Shown piece by piece: positions 44,355 through 56,200 of a stretch of DNA of 64,000 nucleotides. The DNA is from Candidatus Aminicenantes bacterium. Lineage in GTDB: Bacteria > Acidobacteriota > Aminicenantia > Aminicenantales > Aminicenantaceae. The notes beneath the pieces are model-generated. The model ran no database searches and was not told where the DNA came from. It saw only the letters and a program-made list of their open reading frames with translations. How positions within the stretch are numbered: position 1 is the first letter of the stretch; each line of letters opens with the position of its first letter. Where the stretch lies: contig DRHQ01000083.1 of NCBI GenBank assembly GCA_011049545.1, positions 29,766-93,765 on the forward strand, written 5' to 3'. Both the position numbers and the translations under genes were made by a program.

Positions 44355-45050
44355 ATGCGAACAATTGTCCTTTTGATTACATATGCTCTTCTGACGATTC
44401 TTCTCATTCCTATTCTTCTTTTCTGCTCCCCGCTAAAGTTTGCTCAGCCTATTATCTTGGTCACCAGGTGGGCTTTGTGGGTTGGGCAGAAAATATTGGG
44501 GATTCGCCTTGATGCTTCCGGAATCGAGAGAATAAATAAAAGAGTGCCCTATGTTTTCATGGCTAACCATCAGAGTTTAATCGACGGTCCTTTGCTTTAT
44601 CTGATCATTCCTCAATTTGTTAGAGTTCTCCTGAAAAAAGAAGCTTTCAGGATCCCTGTTATCGGCCAGGCTATGAGACAGGTGGGTTTTGTTTCTGTTG
44701 ATAGAAAAGGTTTAAGGGGAGGAAAAAAGAGCATAGATCGAGCCACTTGCATGATAAAAGAGAAGGGCATTTCCTTCCTGATATTTTCCGAAGGCACGAG
44801 GAGTCGAGACGGGAAACTTCAGCCATTCAAGCGGGGAGGATTCTTCCTGGCGGTCAACAGCCAGGTTCCCATCTTTCCTGTGAGCATAAAGGGAAGCTAC
44901 GCACTCCTACCCAAAGGTTCTTTTTTTGCTAAAAAAGGAAAAGTGGGCGTGATATTTCATCCGCCCGTTTCTGTCCAGGGATTTGACAGGAACAACCTCT
45001 CCCAGCTCATGGGTAAAGTCAGAAGCGTCATACAGAGTGGATTAGATTGA
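44355..45050 (+). CDS. plsC: 1-acyl-sn-glycerol-3-phosphate acyltransferase (PlsC family)
   Basis: 231-aa ORF with the HxxxxD motif (ANHQSLIDG) and FSEGTRS box. Confidence 0.8.
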   Translation: MRTIVLLITYALLTILLIPILLFCSPLKFAQPIILVTRWALWVGQKILGIRLDASGIERINKRVPYVFMANHQSLIDGPLLYLIIPQFVRVLLKKEAFRIPVIGQAMRQVGFVSVDRKGLRGGKKSIDRATCMIKEKGISFLIFSEGTRSRDGKLQPFKRGGFFLAVNSQVPIFPVSIKGSYALLPKGSFFAKKGKVGVIFHPPVSVQGFDRNNLSQLMGKVRSVIQSGLD

Positions 45051-45088
45051 AAATTTTCAAGAAACTTTATTATTAGCCAGGAGGGAAG

Positions 45089-45649
45089 ATGGATTATCAA
45101 AATGTTATCGAGGAATGGAGACAAATTGCCGGGGATTTTTTTGCAGCCAGGAGTGATCTTTTCGAAAAAGTGGTGAGCCTTTTGGTCGAAAAGCTAAGAG
45201 CCGGGCATAAGATTCTGATTTTTGGTAACGGCGGAAGCGCTGCCCAGGCTCAACATTTTGCTGCAGAGCTTGTGAATAAATTTCTAAAGGAGAGGGCTCC
45301 TATTCGAGCAATCTCCTTAACCACAGACACATCTACCCTCACGTCTATCGCTAATGATATATCTTACGACTATGTCTTCAGCCGCCAGACAGAAGCCCTT
45401 GGGGACAAAGGGGATGTTGTCCTTGGCCTTTCCACAAGCGGAAACTCACCCAACGTAATGGAAGCCATGAAAGTTGCCAAAGAGAGAGGATTGCTAACCG
45501 TGGCCTTCACCGGAAAGGGAGGAGGAAAGCTCAGCTCTCTCGTTGATTATCTCCTTGATGTGCCTTCAGAGAGCACTCCCAGGATTCAGGAGGTTCATCT
45601 TCTCCTGCTTCATCTTTTAGCTCAGGAGATAGAGAAAAGGTTGGAATAA
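45089..45649 (+). CDS. gmhA: SIS-domain phosphoheptose isomerase (GmhA/DiaA family)
   Basis: 186-aa ORF: ILIFGNGGSAAQAQHFAAEL…GLSTSGNSPNV…. Confidence 0.8.
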   Translation: MDYQNVIEEWRQIAGDFFAARSDLFEKVVSLLVEKLRAGHKILIFGNGGSAAQAQHFAAELVNKFLKERAPIRAISLTTDTSTLTSIANDISYDYVFSRQTEALGDKGDVVLGLSTSGNSPNVMEAMKVAKERGLLTVAFTGKGGGKLSSLVDYLLDVPSESTPRIQEVHLLLLHLLAQEIEKRLE

Positions 45650-45853
45650 AACTCTTTACCTTGACCGCCAGAACCTCTCCCTGTGCGGTCTGGATTTGGA
45701 TTCCCTGAACGTGAGGGGCTTTTCCTCCGCAACTGGGCTTTCAGGCCCGGGTGAAAAACCGGCAGAGCAGAGTATCATTGAAGCTTAAGACTTGGTGGAA
45801 TCGGATTTTTATCCGAAAGGCTTCTTTTTTATGCCTTTTGCCCCTCGGTCATG

Positions 45854-47515
45854 TTATCCTTTTGATAGCCTTTTTGGTCCGGCATCAATCACTATTTGCG
45901 AGCAACCACTTTTGAAGAGTTTAAAATTCTCAATAAACCGTGCCGCTAATGCATCATATTTTTTCCAATACTCGTCTTTTTCACCCCAAGAATTGGATGG
46001 TTCAAGAACATCATCGGGAACATCCGGGCAAACAATAGGAACTTCAAAGCCAAACAGCTTATCCTTACGGTATTCTACATCATTCAGCTTGCCTTCCAGG
46101 GTTGCATTAAGGAGGTTACGTGTGTGGCGAATACTAATGCGTTTACCAACACCGAATCGTCCCCCCACCCAGCCGGTATTAACCAGCCAGCATTGAGAAT
46201 CGTGTTTAAGCATTCGTTGTTTAAGCATCTCGGCGTATTCAAACGGAGGCCGTACCATGAACGGGGCGCCAAAACATGCACTGAAAGTGATCTGTGGTTC
46301 AATACCAAGTCCGATTTCGGTTCCTGCTATTTTGGAAGTGTAACCGCTGATAAAATGATACTGGGCCTGTTCTGGGGTAAGTCGGGCTATTGGCGGCATA
46401 ACACCGGATGCATCACATGTTAGAAAAATAATGTTCTTAGGATGAGAATTTACCATTTTCTCGGGTACTACATTGGGAATAAACTCAAGCGGATATGAAG
46501 CACGTGTGTTTTCAGTAATTATGTCATCGTCCAGGTCAATCCTGCGAGTAACTGAATCATAAACTACATTTTCTAGAATGGTGCCAAAACTTCTGGTGCA
46601 AGCATAAATTTGTGGTTCATGTTCAGCGGAAAGACGAATAACTTTGGCATAACAACCGCCTTCAAAATTAAACACACCGTTTGAACTCCAGCCATGCTCG
46701 TCATCACCAATGAGCCTTCTTTTAGGATCTGCAGAAAGGGAGGTTTTTCCTGTTCCGCTGAGTCCGAAAAAAAGAGCCACATCCCCAGCCTTCCCTACAT
46801 TGGCGGAACAGTGCATAGGAAGCACATTATCGAATGTCAAAAGGAAATTCAAAACAGTAAAGAGCGATTTTTTGATTTCGCCACCATATAGGGAATTTGC
46901 TATTATAGCCATCCGTTCCGCGAAATTAATTACGATTGCCGTGTTGGTTCTTGTGCCGTCTATTTTGGGGTCCAATTTAAAGCCAGGTACGGAAATTATG
47001 GTAAACTCTGGAATAAAATGTTTAAGCTTGTCTTGATTATTTGTAGTAATAAACATATTGCGGGCGAACAAACTATGCCACGCTTTCTCTGTAATAATTC
47101 TCACCTGTATACGGTATTCGGGATCAGCCCCGGCGTAGCAATCCTGAACAAATAATTCTTTGTCCTGTGCAAAGGCCTGCACCCGTGTTAACAGTGCATT
47201 GAATTTTTCAACACTGATGGGACGGTTGTATTCACCCCACCAAATTTTGTCTTCGGTGGTTTCTTCCCTTACAACAAATTTATCTGCAGCCGCACGTGCT
47301 GTGTGTTTTCCGGTATTTACCAGTAAGGGTCCAGCATGAGCGATATGTCCTTCATTCCGAAAAACAATTTCCTCATAAAGAGCGGATTCAGGCAGATTCC
47401 AGTAAACTCTCTCAAGATGAACCAGTCCGTGATTCTTAAGACTGTAGTCCGAAGCCAGTTCCTTGGCCTCTTTAATGGCGGGTGTATTGAATTCAAGGTA
47501 TTTGCTCATGTCCAA
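45854..47515 (-). CDS. pckA: Phosphoenolpyruvate carboxykinase (ATP)
   Basis: 553-aa ORF with kinase-1a P-loop (GLSGTGKTSLS) and PEPCK-ATP N-terminal motifs. Confidence 0.9.
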   Translation of the reverse strand: MDMSKYLEFNTPAIKEAKELASDYSLKNHGLVHLERVYWNLPESALYEEIVFRNEGHIAHAGPLLVNTGKHTARAAADKFVVREETTEDKIWWGEYNRPISVEKFNALLTRVQAFAQDKELFVQDCYAGADPEYRIQVRIITEKAWHSLFARNMFITTNNQDKLKHFIPEFTIISVPGFKLDPKIDGTRTNTAIVINFAERMAIIANSLYGGEIKKSLFTVLNFLLTFDNVLPMHCSANVGKAGDVALFFGLSGTGKTSLSADPKRRLIGDDEHGWSSNGVFNFEGGCYAKVIRLSAEHEPQIYACTRSFGTILENVVYDSVTRRIDLDDDIITENTRASYPLEFIPNVVPEKMVNSHPKNIIFLTCDASGVMPPIARLTPEQAQYHFISGYTSKIAGTEIGLGIEPQITFSACFGAPFMVRPPFEYAEMLKQRMLKHDSQCWLVNTGWVGGRFGVGKRISIRHTRNLLNATLEGKLNDVEYRKDKLFGFEVPIVCPDVPDDVLEPSNSWGEKDEYWKKYDALAARFIENFKLFKSGCSQIVIDAGPKRLSKG

Positions 47516-48723
47516 TCCCTCACTAATTTGCGGTCACCGATATAAAGTTCGTTTGGAGAATTCGGATCTAATGCCCATTTCATACGTTCGACGCCTTCAG
47601 TGATGTCTTTTATTGAACCGCAGAAGCTCATTCTCAGATAACCTTCCATACCAAACTCAACTCCAGGCACGGCTAATACCAGAACCTTATTAATTAAAAA
47701 TTCTGAAATTTTAGTTGATTCTTTTCCATAAACGCTAAAATCTGCAAAACAATAGAAAGCACCATCGGGTTTTGTGACTTTAATTCCCTCAAATGAATTC
47801 AGATTTTCTATCATAACATTACGATTGTTCTCTAAGGTTACCCGAAGGTTCTCTACACTGGATTGTATTCCATTAATAGCCCCGACTGCAGCTTTTTGAA
47901 GTACTACCGAAGGGCCCCCAGTTTGATGTCCTTGAATATTGGTCATGACCTCTATAAGCTTTTTATTTGCTACTGCCCAGCCGATTCTGAAACCGGTCAT
48001 TGCATACTGCTTAGAAATCCCATTGATTACAATTAGCTTTGAATTCTCTGATAAATCTTTGGCGTATTCATAGCAGTTAATCGGTCTTCTGTTATCAAAA
48101 ATCAGCCGGTGGTAAATGTCATCCATTATTAGATATAAATCCCGTTTTTCACATAAGTCCACTACATCGGCGATGAACTCTTTCGAATACATTGCTCCTG
48201 TTGGATTATTGGGGCTGTTAATTAGGATTGCTTTTGTATAAGATCCCACCTTTTGTTCTATATCCTGAATTCTGGGATAAAAAGTGCCATCTTCGGGCAG
48301 AACGGGCACTCCAATAGCTCCGCATAACTTAGCCATCTCAGGATAACTTACCCAATATGGTGCAGGATAAATGACTTCCTCTTGAGGATTAAGAATAGCC
48401 TGCAATGCTACCATGATCGCCTGCTTAGCACCTCCGGAGGCCATAACATTTTCAGGCTCCACAAGACGATTATAATGCTCTTCTGTATAATGGATTATGG
48501 CCTTTTTCAACGCGGGAACACCATCAGCAGGCGCATATCTGATTTCCCCGGTGTTCAGATGTGCTGCTGCCGCCATAATGGCATCCATGGGTGCTTTGCT
48601 CTTTGGTTCGCCGGCGCCCAGATGAATGACAGGTTCTCCTTTTTCACGAAGGATAGCCGCTTTTTCGTTTAGCGTGAGGGTGGGTGATGCACTAATTGTT
48701 CTGGCAATTTGACTTATGCTCAT
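47506..48723 (-). CDS. Class I/II pyridoxal-phosphate aminotransferase (aspartate aminotransferase-like)
   Basis: 405-aa ORF: …NSPNNPTGAMY…, Lys in …NGISKQYAMTG… Overlaps the pckA start, suggesting an operon. Confidence 0.85.
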   Translation of the reverse strand: MSISQIARTISASPTLTLNEKAAILREKGEPVIHLGAGEPKSKAPMDAIMAAAAHLNTGEIRYAPADGVPALKKAIIHYTEEHYNRLVEPENVMASGGAKQAIMVALQAILNPQEEVIYPAPYWVSYPEMAKLCGAIGVPVLPEDGTFYPRIQDIEQKVGSYTKAILINSPNNPTGAMYSKEFIADVVDLCEKRDLYLIMDDIYHRLIFDNRRPINCYEYAKDLSENSKLIVINGISKQYAMTGFRIGWAVANKKLIEVMTNIQGHQTGGPSVVLQKAAVGAINGIQSSVENLRVTLENNRNVMIENLNSFEGIKVTKPDGAFYCFADFSVYGKESTKISEFLINKVLVLAVPGVEFGMEGYLRMSFCGSIKDITEGVERMKWALDPNSPNELYIGDRKLVRDWT

Positions 48724-48955
48724 TTCTAATCCTTAGATTAAATAACCAATTTTTTGCAAAAATGAAAGATTGCCTATCAATCCTTTTTTATCCTAATTGA
48801 ATTTTAAAGCAATACATTGTTATTTGTCAAAGGGATAAGAATTTGGCTTTTATCGGGATGGCATAAAATGCATCTCTGTCCCGATTTTCCCTTCCAATCA
48901 TAATGGGGAATTATAAATTTGGCCTCAAAAGATGTCAAGGACCTGGCTCTGTTAC

Positions 48956-48981
48956 AAAAATTGGGGCCAGGCACCAATTTT
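48956..48981. repeat. Palindromic repeat family P1 variant (aaaaattggggccaggcaccaatttt)
   Basis: Same GGGCC core with TT/AA variant arms. Confidence 0.6.
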
Positions 48982-49164
48982 CGTAACTCAAAACCCATAC
49001 TTTGTACGTGGGACTCAAGTCTCAATATTTAACATATCCTCCATTCTTTTAAAATTGATAATTAGTGCTTTCCTCCTGATAAATATGTCAAATGTTGCTT
49101 TCGTTGATACCTGTCTCCTTGATTAAACTTCGCTAAGTAAAATTTGTGCCTGATAATAGGGGGG

Positions 49165-50109
49165 CTATCTTTTCTTAATGTCCAGTTTTTCTCTAAAGTA
49201 GGCGATGGTTTTGAGCAGTCCCTCCTCTAGACCTATTTTTGGCTGCCAGCCGAGTTTTTCTTTGGCTAATGAGATATCCGGACATCGTCGCACAGGGTCA
49301 TCCGAGGGCAGAGGCTTGCGGATGATCTTGGAAGAGCTTTTGGTGAGCGTGATTATTTTTTCGGCTAATTCAAGGATAGTGGATTCTGCTGGATTTCCCA
49401 GGTTCACAGGCTGTGTAAAACCTTCTTTATCCATCGTCAATATGAAAGCATCAATGAGGTCTGAGACATAGCAAAAGGAGCGTGTTTGAGTTCCGTCTCC
49501 GTAAACGGTGACTGGTTCTCCTCTTAGTGCCTGAACGATAAAGTTGCTGACAACCCTTCCGTCATTTATGGCCATCCGCGGCCCGTAGGTGTTAAATATA
49601 CGGACTATTCTGGTGTCAACGTTGTTCTGACGGTGGTAGTCCATCATCAGCGTTTCAGCCACTCTTTTTCCTTCGTCATAGCAGCTTCGGACACCGACAG
49701 GATTAACGTTTCCCCAGTAACTTTCTTTTTGAGGGTGAACTGCCGGATTCCCGTAAACTTCAGATGTGGAAGCGAGGAGGATGCGGGCTTTTATCCTCTT
49801 GGCCATGCCCAGCATATTTATGGTCCCCATGACGCTGGTCTTTACCGTTTTTATCGCATTGTTCTGGTAGTAGAGTGGTGAGGCAGGGCAAGCGAGATTA
49901 TAAATTTTATCAACCTCTAAAAAGAGAGGATGGATAATGTCGTGGCGGATCAGTTCGAAATAAGAGTGGGAAAAGAGATGCCGGATATTATCTTTGTAGC
50001 CTGAGAAAAAATTGTCGACACAGACCACATCCGCCCCCCTTTCTAAAAGAGCGTCGCAAAGATGGCTGCCTAAAAAACCGGCTCCTCCTGTTATAAGGAT
50101 TCGATTCAT
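49165..50109 (-). CDS. NAD-dependent UDP-glucuronate decarboxylase (UDP-xylose synthase-like SDR)
   Basis: 314-aa ORF with Rossmann [10 protein letters not shown] and catalytic YxxxK, similar to UXS1 family. Confidence 0.8.
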   Translation of the reverse strand: MNRILITGGAGFLGSHLCDALLERGADVVCVDNFFSGYKDNIRHLFSHSYFELIRHDIIHPLFLEVDKIYNLACPASPLYYQNNAIKTVKTSVMGTINMLGMAKRIKARILLASTSEVYGNPAVHPQKESYWGNVNPVGVRSCYDEGKRVAETLMMDYHRQNNVDTRIVRIFNTYGPRMAINDGRVVSNFIVQALRGEPVTVYGDGTQTRSFCYVSDLIDAFILTMDKEGFTQPVNLGNPAESTILELAEKIITLTKSSSKIIRKPLPSDDPVRRCPDISLAKEKLGWQPKIGLEEGLLKTIAYFREKLDIKKR

Positions 50110-50124
50110 ATTTTTTTCTCCTTT

Positions 50125-50868
50125 TTACATGTAAGCCATGAAGAGAATGCTCTTTTTTTTGAGGGCGTCCTTCTGAACTTGGGCTATTTCTTTTATTCCT
50201 TTATAGGCTAAGTTTAAAAGAGTGCTCAGTTCTTTTCTTGAAAATGGATTTTTCTCTGCTGTTGCCTGTAATTCCACGAGCTGCTCCTTCTCTGTACCGA
50301 CAACATTCATGTCAATTTCTGCATTTGAATCCTCGGAGTAATCGAGGTCAAGGAGGACTTCTCGTTCCACAATGCCCACACTGATGCCGCTGACAAGGTA
50401 TTTGAGGGGCATCCGGTCGATGATCTTTTCGTCCATCATCTTTTTCAAGGCGAGGGCTAAGGCAAGGCAGGCGGCTGTTACCGAAGCTGTTCTTGTCCCC
50501 CCGTCAGCCTGGAGGACGTCACAGTCAAGGATGATAGTCCTCTCTCCAAGGACGCTAAGATCTGTCACGGCACGAAGTGAGCGTCCTATGAGGCGCTGAA
50601 TTTCCTGACTTCGGCCCGAAATACGAGCATGTGTTCTTTCTCTAATATTTCTTTTTTTAGTGGAGCGGGGAAGCATGGAGTATTCGGCCGTGATCCAGCC
50701 AGTTCCGCTTTTCTTAAGGAAGGGCGGAACCTTCTCTTCAATTGTAGCTGCAGCAACGATCCTGGTTTTGCCGATCTCTATGAAAGCAGAACCGTCAGCA
50801 AAATCCAGATAATCTAGCTTGATTTTTATCGGCCTTAATTCATCGAAAGATCTCTTATTGGCTCTCAT
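50125..50868 (-). CDS. rph: Ribonuclease PH
   Basis: 247-aa ORF: …[13 protein letters not shown]…[12 protein letters not shown]…[12 protein letters not shown]…. Confidence 0.9.
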   Translation of the reverse strand: MRANKRSFDELRPIKIKLDYLDFADGSAFIEIGKTRIVAAATIEEKVPPFLKKSGTGWITAEYSMLPRSTKKRNIRERTHARISGRSQEIQRLIGRSLRAVTDLSVLGERTIILDCDVLQADGGTRTASVTAACLALALALKKMMDEKIIDRMPLKYLVSGISVGIVEREVLLDLDYSEDSNAEIDMNVVGTEKEQLVELQATAEKNPFSRKELSTLLNLAYKGIKEIAQVQKDALKKKSILFMAYM

Positions 50869-50968
50869 TTTCCCGTTTCCTTTAGAATCCTCGCATCCAC
50901 TCGGATATGCTTGTTGAAATTTTAGTTTTTCTTTCCTTATATATCAAGGATTTGACCATTTTCAAAAT

Positions 50969-51868
50969 TCAAGCCTCCTCTTCCTCTGGTCTCGTTTTCC
51001 ACCTATTGTGGAACCAAAGCCAATAATCTGGATTCTTCCGTATCTGATTTTCTATAATCTTAGTGCATATTTGGGTAATTTTCAATACATCCTGGTTGTA
51101 ATTTCCTTCCAAGGTGATGCTTAGAGGGCTGAATATTTTAATGTGATAGGCATGGGATGATGTAGGATAGCAAAATACCGGGATTAGAGGTGATTTTGTC
51201 TTGAGGGAAAAAGATGCCAGGCTTGGGGTTGTGGCTGCTTTCTTGCCAAAAAAATCGACAAAGACAGCTTGTCTTCTGAGAACATTCTGATCTATCAAAA
51301 AGGCAACCATTTCTCCTGCCTGCAGAGATCGAAGAATCTTTTTTGCTGCCTGATGTTTGTAGATGATGCGGGATCCATGGCTTGTTCTGAGCTTGAGGAG
51401 CTCTTTCTCCAGGAGCTTGTTATCCAAGGCGCGGGCAACGCCACTTAGTTTTCCCTTTGTGGTGAAAAAACTCATAGCGATTTCCCAGCTTCCATAATGA
51501 GCAGAAAAGGGGAGCACTCCTTTTTTTTCTCGAAGAGCTTTAAGCAGATTTTCTTCGCCTTCGACATTTATCAGGGTATTTATTTTCTCTTCTTTAAGTT
51601 GAGGAAGCTTTATGATATCCATGAGGGTCTTTCCGAAATGCATAAAGGAGTTGCGGGCTATTCTTTTAAGCTCAGAAGAGGGCAATTCCTTTCCAAAAGC
51701 GATTTTCAGGTTGGCTAAGGCAATCAGGCGATGCTTTTTATCCAGGTAATAAAAGGCTAACCCTAAGGTTTGTCCCAAAGCGAGACACAGTTTCCGGGAA
51801 AGAATGGACAAAGGAGCTTTGGCTATTTTAAAGAGTGAAAATTCAAATAATTCTTTTAAACTTGCCAT
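50969..51868 (-). CDS. Lipid A biosynthesis acyltransferase (LpxL/HtrB family)
   Basis: 299-aa ORF with a Lip_A_acyltrans-like layout and HxxxxD-type motif (SAHYGSWE). Confidence 0.75.
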   Translation of the reverse strand: MASLKELFEFSLFKIAKAPLSILSRKLCLALGQTLGLAFYYLDKKHRLIALANLKIAFGKELPSSELKRIARNSFMHFGKTLMDIIKLPQLKEEKINTLINVEGEENLLKALREKKGVLPFSAHYGSWEIAMSFFTTKGKLSGVARALDNKLLEKELLKLRTSHGSRIIYKHQAAKKILRSLQAGEMVAFLIDQNVLRRQAVFVDFFGKKAATTPSLASFSLKTKSPLIPVFCYPTSSHAYHIKIFSPLSITLEGNYNQDVLKITQICTKIIENQIRKNPDYWLWFHNRWKTRPEEEEA

Positions 51869-51877
51869 TTTAGAATA

Positions 51878-52870
51878 TTATACCCAATTTTGGAGTAGAT
51901 TTGATATTCTAGCGTAAAATTTATCCTCCACTTCGAGGTCGATCTTTAAATAAAAAACAGGGATTTTTTTAAGGCTGTTGCTGTGAATAATCTTCAAGGC
52001 ATCTTTCTCAGTAGTGATGATTGCTTCAGCGTTGATTTCTTTGTATTTTTTTGTGATTTTTTCTAGGGAAGATTTGGGATAGGGATGATGATCAGGAAAT
52101 TTAAAGAAAAACGATGGCTTTATGCCTTCCTCATGCAGGGTGGATAAGAATCTTTCAGGCCGGGCTATTCCGCAAAAAGCGAGAACTTTTTTTCTTTTAA
52201 GCTTTTCACCCGGCTCTCTCTCTTTCTCTGCTAACTTGAAGAAACCCCTATTTTTAACAGAGTATTCAAAGACGGTTGATTCAGGAAAGCGTTCCCTTAT
52301 TCTTTTTTTTCTCTGAGGATCGACTCCTTTCTTCATCAAAAGAATGTTGGCTCTTTTAAGGGAAGAGATAGGTTCGCGAAATGCAATTTTCTCTGCCGGA
52401 GTGTAAAGAACAATGTCCAAATCTCTGTGGAGGCGGCGATGCTGGAAGCCGTCATCCAGCACAGCAAGCTCGAAACCCAGGCTCTTTGCTTTTTGGCAAG
52501 AGAGAAGACGATTTTTACCGATGAAAACTCCAGCCTGAGGAATGCTTTGGGCGACCATAAATGGCTCATCACCGGAATCCTCCCAGGCAGCCTGAATGCT
52601 TTTTCCGTCAGAGAGAATGCCTCCGCTCTTTTCCCATCTCCCTTTATATCCACGGGAGATCAGGGCAGGTTTGAAGCCGTGTTTAATGAGATAGGTTATC
52701 AGATTTATGACTAATGGTGTTTTTTCTGTCCCCCCAAAGGCGATGCTTCCCACGCTGATAACGGACAAAGGCGCTTTTTTTGGTGTTGATATTTTCTTTT
52801 TGTAAAACCAATTTTTAATCTGGCATCCTGAGCGGTTGAAAAGAGAAAGAAGGAATATGAGGAATTTCAT
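51878..52870 (-). CDS. lpxK: Tetraacyldisaccharide 4'-kinase
   Basis: 330-aa ORF with P-loop SVGSIAFGGTEKTP and the LpxK fold. Confidence 0.85.
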   Translation of the reverse strand: MKFLIFLLSLFNRSGCQIKNWFYKKKISTPKKAPLSVISVGSIAFGGTEKTPLVINLITYLIKHGFKPALISRGYKGRWEKSGGILSDGKSIQAAWEDSGDEPFMVAQSIPQAGVFIGKNRLLSCQKAKSLGFELAVLDDGFQHRRLHRDLDIVLYTPAEKIAFREPISSLKRANILLMKKGVDPQRKKRIRERFPESTVFEYSVKNRGFFKLAEKEREPGEKLKRKKVLAFCGIARPERFLSTLHEEGIKPSFFFKFPDHHPYPKSSLEKITKKYKEINAEAIITTEKDALKIIHSNSLKKIPVFYLKIDLEVEDKFYARISNLLQNWV

Positions 52871-53292
52871 CCTCTGGGGAATATACTATATTCGATTTCC
52901 TCTTTCAAGAAGTCATTAATGAGCGTGCCCCTTGAAAGCATCTCCAAATCCTTTATTGCTTAATAAGAGTATTTGGGAATGGTCTCGCTCCCAAAAGATT
53001 TTTAACGCCATTCAAATTCCGCTCTTCTCGGTGGCTGCGTAACTCACCCATAAATGGGTTCAGACATACTTGCCAGTCCACTGCGTGGACTCCCCTCGAA
53101 GAACGGAATTTGAAGGCTAAATCTTTTAAGGTCGCCTCACCCATCCCCAAATACTCTTACCTTATGAATGACTATTTATTCATCGCGGAAATGGAGATGC
53201 TTACCCGGTCCCCATTTTTGCTTTGACTTTTTTCTTTGGCTTATGGTAGTTTTTGCTTTCCATTCAAAACATAAGATGAGTATTTTGGCATA

Positions 53293-56200
53293 ATGCTCGT
53301 TCATCACAAGGATAAAGGAGGATATGATATGAAAAAAAGAATATTTTCGTCCAGGGTTCTATTGGTTCTGTGTCTGGGATTAGCCGTAAGCCTTTTCCTC
53401 GGTGCGAAAAAAGCAAAGAAAGAACCTGAACCTCTTATAAAGGAATCAATCCTTGACGGGATGAAATGGAGATGTATCGGCCCATCCAATATGGGAGGAC
53501 GGATTGATGATTTTGCTGTTGTGGAAAGCAATCCTAAAATCATTTATGCAGGGACTGCCTCAGGGGGAGTGTGGAAGACCACCAATAATGGCGTAACCTG
53601 GGAATCCATTTTCGACGACCAGATTACTAGCTCCATCGGCGATGTGACCGTGGCGCCTTCCAATCCGGGTATAATCTGGGTTGGCACTGGAGAACCGAAC
53701 AATCGTCAGAGTTCTTCCTGGGGAGACGGGGTTTATAAATCTACTGACAGCGGCAGGACATGGAAAAATATGGGACTTCGTGATACCCATCATATTGGTC
53801 GCATTGTCATCCATCCCACCAATCCGGATATAGTTTATGTTGCAGCCTTGGGGCATCTTTGGGGTCCGAACAAAGAAAGGGGCCTGTTTCGAACCATGGA
53901 CGGCGGAAAAACCTGGACCAATACCAAGTTTATTGATAAGAATACAGGTTTTGTGGATGTTGCTATAGACTTTGAGAATCCCAATGTTTTATATGCAGCA
54001 GCTTACCAGAGGCGCCGCCGCGGCTGGGGTTTTAATGGGGGAGGACTTGGCAGTGGTCTTTACAGGACGACCGATAGCGGAGAAACATGGGCCCGTCTGA
54101 CAAATGGACTGCCTTCGGGTAACATAGGACGTATCGGAATCGATATTTACCAAAGAAACTCCAGCATTGTCTATGCCGTTATTGAACACAAACAGGGAGG
54201 ATTTTTTCGTTCTGAAAATAAAGGCTTAACCTGGAAAAAGATGTCAAGCACCAATCCCCGGCCCATGTATTACAGCAAAATACGCATCGACCCGAACAAT
54301 GAGCAGAAGATCTGGGTTCTCGGAGGTTCTATGTATGTATCTGAGGACGGAGGGAAGACTTTCCGCACGGATATTGTAAGGGGGGAGGTCCATGAAGACC
54401 ATCATGCCCTGTGGATTGATCCTTCTGATTCCGATCACATGGTTCTCGGCTCAGATGGAGGGATTTATTTTTCCTATGATTGCGGCAAATCATGGGATTT
54501 TGTCAATACTCTCCCTCTTGGACAGTTTTACGAAATAGGCTTTGACATGCGCAAACCTTATTATGTCTATGGAGGCTTGCAGGATAACGGAAGCTGGGGA
54601 GGGCCGAGTGCAACCTGGCATATGGGGGGAATCACCAACGAAGATTGGATCTTAATCGGGTGGGGAGATGGCTTTTACGCTAAAGTCGATCCAACGGACT
54701 ACAACACCATTTATGCCGAAATGCAGAATGGCAACCTCTTTCGGTTTGATTTAAGGTCAGGAGAGACCAAGTCAATAAGACCTGATCCTGAGGATGAGAA
54801 AGAGGTTTATAGGTTCAACTGGAACTCTCCGATTTTAATATCTCCCCATGATCCCAAGACAATCTATTATGGGGGTAACAAACTATTTAAATCTAAAAAC
54901 AGAGGAGAGACTTGGGAAGCCTCGATTGATCTGACCACTCAGCAGGACAGAGAAAAGCTTCCGCTTATGGGAGTGCTTCTAGGCAAAGACACCCTTTCCC
55001 GACATGACGGCATTTCCTATTACGGCGATATCACAACAGTTTCTGAGTCCCCTCTTAAAGAAGGCCTCATCTATGCAGGCACAGATGACGGTAACCTACA
55101 GGTCTCCCGCGATGGCGGGAAGAATTGGAAGAATGTGATCAGCAAAGTTCCTCGGGTGCCCAAGTATACCTATGTCACCAGGGTTGTAGCTTCCCGCTTT
55201 AAAGAAGGGACAGCCTATGCCACATTTGACGGCCACCGCAATAATGATTTCAAAGCCTATGTCTTTATGACAACCGATTATGGTGAAAGCTGGAAGAGTA
55301 TCTCTTTCAATCTGCCTCAAGGCGGAATTGTCAATGTTATAAGAGAGCATCACCGGAACCCCAATCTTCTTTTTATCGGAACAGAACGAGGCGCCTACTT
55401 CTCTATTGACAGGGGAAAGAAGTGGGTGAAATTTAAGAGCAACTTCCCTACCGTTCCCGTTGATGACATTGCCATTCATCCTCGAGAGAATGACCTGATT
55501 TTCGCCACCCATGGCCGGAGTGTATGGATTTTAGATGACATCACACCTTTAGAACAGCTTACGAAAAATACCCTGGCCTCTCCTGCATCTCTTTTTGACA
55601 TACGCCAAGCGACAATCTTTAATCCTTACCGCCACAGGGAGAGTCTTGGTCACAAATTATTTGTCGCTCCAAATCCGCCTTTTGGGGCTATGATAAGTTA
55701 CTACCTGAAAGAAGAAGCAAAAGAAGATGTAAAGATAATCATTCAGGATAGCACAAGTGGAGCAATAAGGGAGCTCGAGGGTTCGAAGAGTGCTGGAATC
55801 AATCGCATTACTTGGGATTTGAGGTATGGGCTTCCAGAGGTCCCTGGAGAGCAAAGGGCAGGTCGTAGATTCAGAGTTCGAGCCCCTTTTGTTCTTCCCG
55901 GAGAGTATCAGGTGAAATTGAAAGCGGCAGGTCAGGAGATGACAAAGGCTGTTCAGGTTGAAGGAGATCCAAGGATTGATATTTCCTTCGAAGACAGGAA
56001 AACTCAGCATGATGCCCTCTTAAGTATTTATAAGCTCTCCCCGTCTCTTTCAGCAGCGAGCCGTGCTTCAGATAGTATAAGAAAGGAGATAAAAAAGCAG
56101 GAAGGCGCTCTAAAAAAGATACCTAGCGCCCCCGAGTCAATTCATGAATCACTTAAGGCTATTTCCAAAGAGATCGATGACATTCGGCTTAAATTGTTAG

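Noticed and set aside
45792-46196. 134-aa plus-strand ORF overlapping the pckA 3' end
   Set aside because: Antisense to the conserved PEPCK C-terminus and Pro/Ser-rich low-complexity. Spurious.
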